A stretch of 15,747 nt of DNA, taken from positions 1 through 15,747 of the forward strand of contig CAZSQD010000027.1 of NCBI GenBank assembly GCA_964608925.1, given 5' to 3'. Below are positions 14,560-15,747 of this stretch, piece by piece. Below the pieces are notes generated by a model that had not been told where the DNA came from, did not search any database, and worked only from the letters and a program-made list of their open reading frames with translations. Made by a program: the position numbers and the translations under genes. Numbering within the stretch: the first letter of the stretch is position 1; every line of letters begins with the position of its first letter. This DNA comes from an uncultured Kordia sp. (lineage in GTDB: Bacteria > Bacteroidota > Bacteroidia > Flavobacteriales > Flavobacteriaceae).

Positions 14560-15747
14560 CTATTGAGTTAGTTTTTCAATTAATTTCTTATCAAAATCAT
14601 ATACATCATGGATAAATTTAGGCAAATCATCTTCTGTATTAAAAAGAACATTCCAATATAACATATAAACGGTTGTTTTTTGTTGGATGTAAATACGTTT
14701 GGTATTTCGTTCTTTAATAATACTATCTACTTTTTTTGGTGTCCAATGTAATATTTCAGCGGCTAATTTAAACGGATTTTCTACGCGTACACAACCAGAA
14801 CTTCGTGCTCTATAATTTTTAACAAATAAATTACGGTGATTGGTGTCATGTAAAAAAACAGCGTATTTATTAGGGAATATTATTTTCACCAACCCTAACG
14901 CGTTGTTTCGTCCAGCACTTTGTACGTAATGGTATGTTGCTGGTGCAGTAGAATTCCATTGTATAGAGTCTGGGTGCATTCGTTTACCTTCTTTGTTGTA
15001 AATAGTAATGCGTTTACGAGTTATAGAACTTGGATTTTTGATGGCTGCAGGTATAATATCTTCATTTTTTATAGTTGGTGGTACATGCCATTTTGGGTTG
15101 AATACTAAATATTTTATATCGGCATTAAAAACGGGGGTTTTTCTTTTTGTTTTACCAACTACAACGGTATAGTGTGTAGTATCTTTTTTGGTGTTGTATT
15201 GCAATTGGTAATTAGGTATATTTACAAGTATATGGTCTTCCCCAAAATTTCTTGGATACCATTTCCAACGCTCTAAATTGGCTAAAATGCTATTGTAATT
15301 ATCTTGATAACATTTATTGAGTTCGGTGATAGTTCCTTTTCCTACAACGGCATCTGTTGCTAAATTTTTATTTTTTTGAAAGAGTTTTAAGTCTTTTTGT
15401 AATAGCGAATCTAAAATTATGGAGTTGCTATTAATGGTATCCGTAGTAATCCCTAACTCTTGTAATCTTTTTCTAATTTGCAAAATGCGTGTATCACTTT
15501 TATGGGGTCTAATTTTGTTGCCGTGTGTAATTATAGTACGTAAAGAATCGGTGTTTATTAAGGCTTTGTATTTAGGCAATGTGTTTTTTAATTGCTGATA
15601 AATTGGATGCTTGGGTTTAAATTTTTCTAACGATTTTGAAAGCGTAGTATTATTAATTCCTTCGTTTAAAATAGCATTATATTTAAACTTATTTTTAGGG
15701 AGTTTCCAATCGTGATTGGTGGTGGCCCCGCAGTAACAATCAACCCG
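14560..15747 (-). CDS. L,D-transpeptidase family protein (YcbB-like: PG-binding domain plus YkuD catalytic domain), N-terminus beyond the right window edge
   Basis: The track ORF starts at an internal TTG (15579). I translated the same frame upstream and it stays open to base 15747 (RVDCYCGATTNHDWKLPKNKFKYNAILNEGINNTTLSKSLEKFKPKHPIYQQLKNTL-PKYKAL...). The PG_binding_1-like segment is LQKDLKLFQKNKNLATDAVVGKGTITELN. The YkuD catalytic motif is FLHDTNHRNLFVKNYRARSSGCVRVENP. Confidence 0.85.
   Translation of the reverse strand, partial: RVDCYCGATTNHDWKLPKNKFKYNAILNEGINNTTLSKSLEKFKPKHPIYQQLKNTLPKYKALINTDSLRTIITHGNKIRPHKSDTRILQIRKRLQELGITTDTINSNSIILDSLLQKDLKLFQKNKNLATDAVVGKGTITELNKCYQDNYNSILANLERWKWYPRNFGEDHILVNIPNYQLQYNTKKDTTHYTVVVGKTKRKTPVFNADIKYLVFNPKWHVPPTIKNEDIIPAAIKNPSSITRKRITIYNKEGKRMHPDSIQWNSTAPATYHYVQSAGRNNALGLVKIIFPNKYAVFLHDTNHRNLFVKNYRARSSGCVRVENPFKLAAEILHWTPKKVDSIIKERNTKRIYIQQKTTVYMLYWNVLFNTEDDLPKFIHDVYDFDKKLIEKLTQ

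Noticed and set aside
14920-15108. 62-aa plus-strand ORF inside the YcbB-like gene
   Set aside because: It is antisense to a gene with clear YkuD motifs, and its Cys/Trp/Phe-rich sequence is a typical antisense artefact.
1-15747. Genomic island, prophage, integrative element or defence locus
   Set aside because: There is no integrase, transposase, tRNA attachment site, phage structural gene, restriction/modification, toxin-antitoxin or known defence-domain gene. Composition is uniform, and essential genes (map, gpmI) are interspersed. The only mobile-looking unit is the small GxxExxY cassette, reported separately.

Overview
This is a low-GC (roughly 30%) chromosomal segment of Bacteroidota/Flavobacteriia type. 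The genes lack Shine-Dalgarno sequences, several starts are preceded by the Bacteroidetes -7 promoter box TAnnTTTG, and the gene families are typical of the group. I call 18 protein-coding genes in seven alternating-strand transcription blocks. Two genes run off the window edges. The left one (1..263) is absent from the ORF track, and the right one extends past the track's internal TTG start to base 15747. A 38-aa membrane mini-ORF (4851..4967) is also absent from the track.

Content is mostly core housekeeping and envelope functions:
- Housekeeping: methionine aminopeptidase (map), cofactor-independent phosphoglycerate mutase (gpmI), a short single-stranded DNA-binding protein (SSB), an acetyl-CoA hydrolase/transferase-family enzyme, and a FabH-like ketoacyl-ACP synthase III (KAS III).
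- Envelope and other: a GT2 glycosyltransferase, two methyltransferase-fold proteins, an M28 peptidase fused to a polytopic membrane domain, two different L,D-transpeptidase-family proteins, a GNAT acetyltransferase, a DUF1287 protein, a small HAD phosphatase and a GxxExxY protein.

I see no rRNA, tRNA, CRISPR array, transposase, integrase, phage gene or recognisable defence gene, and composition is uniform. I therefore cannot point to a clear novel system. The candidates most worth a second look are:
1. The 540-bp GxxExxY cassette bounded by inverted CACGAATT-type repeats, wedged exactly between the map stop codon and the start region of the next gene.
2. The translationally packed DUF1287 (NlpC/P60-like, exported) - GNAT - Cys4 zinc-ribbon trio.
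3. The 3-nt-coupled KAS III plus short methyltransferase-fold protein with a degenerate SAM motif I.
4. A tail-less 112-aa SSB behind a 293-nt ORF-free leader.
5. A methyltransferase that appears to have lost all four zinc-ribbon cysteines.

All functional calls come from motif recognition by eye. No database search was possible.
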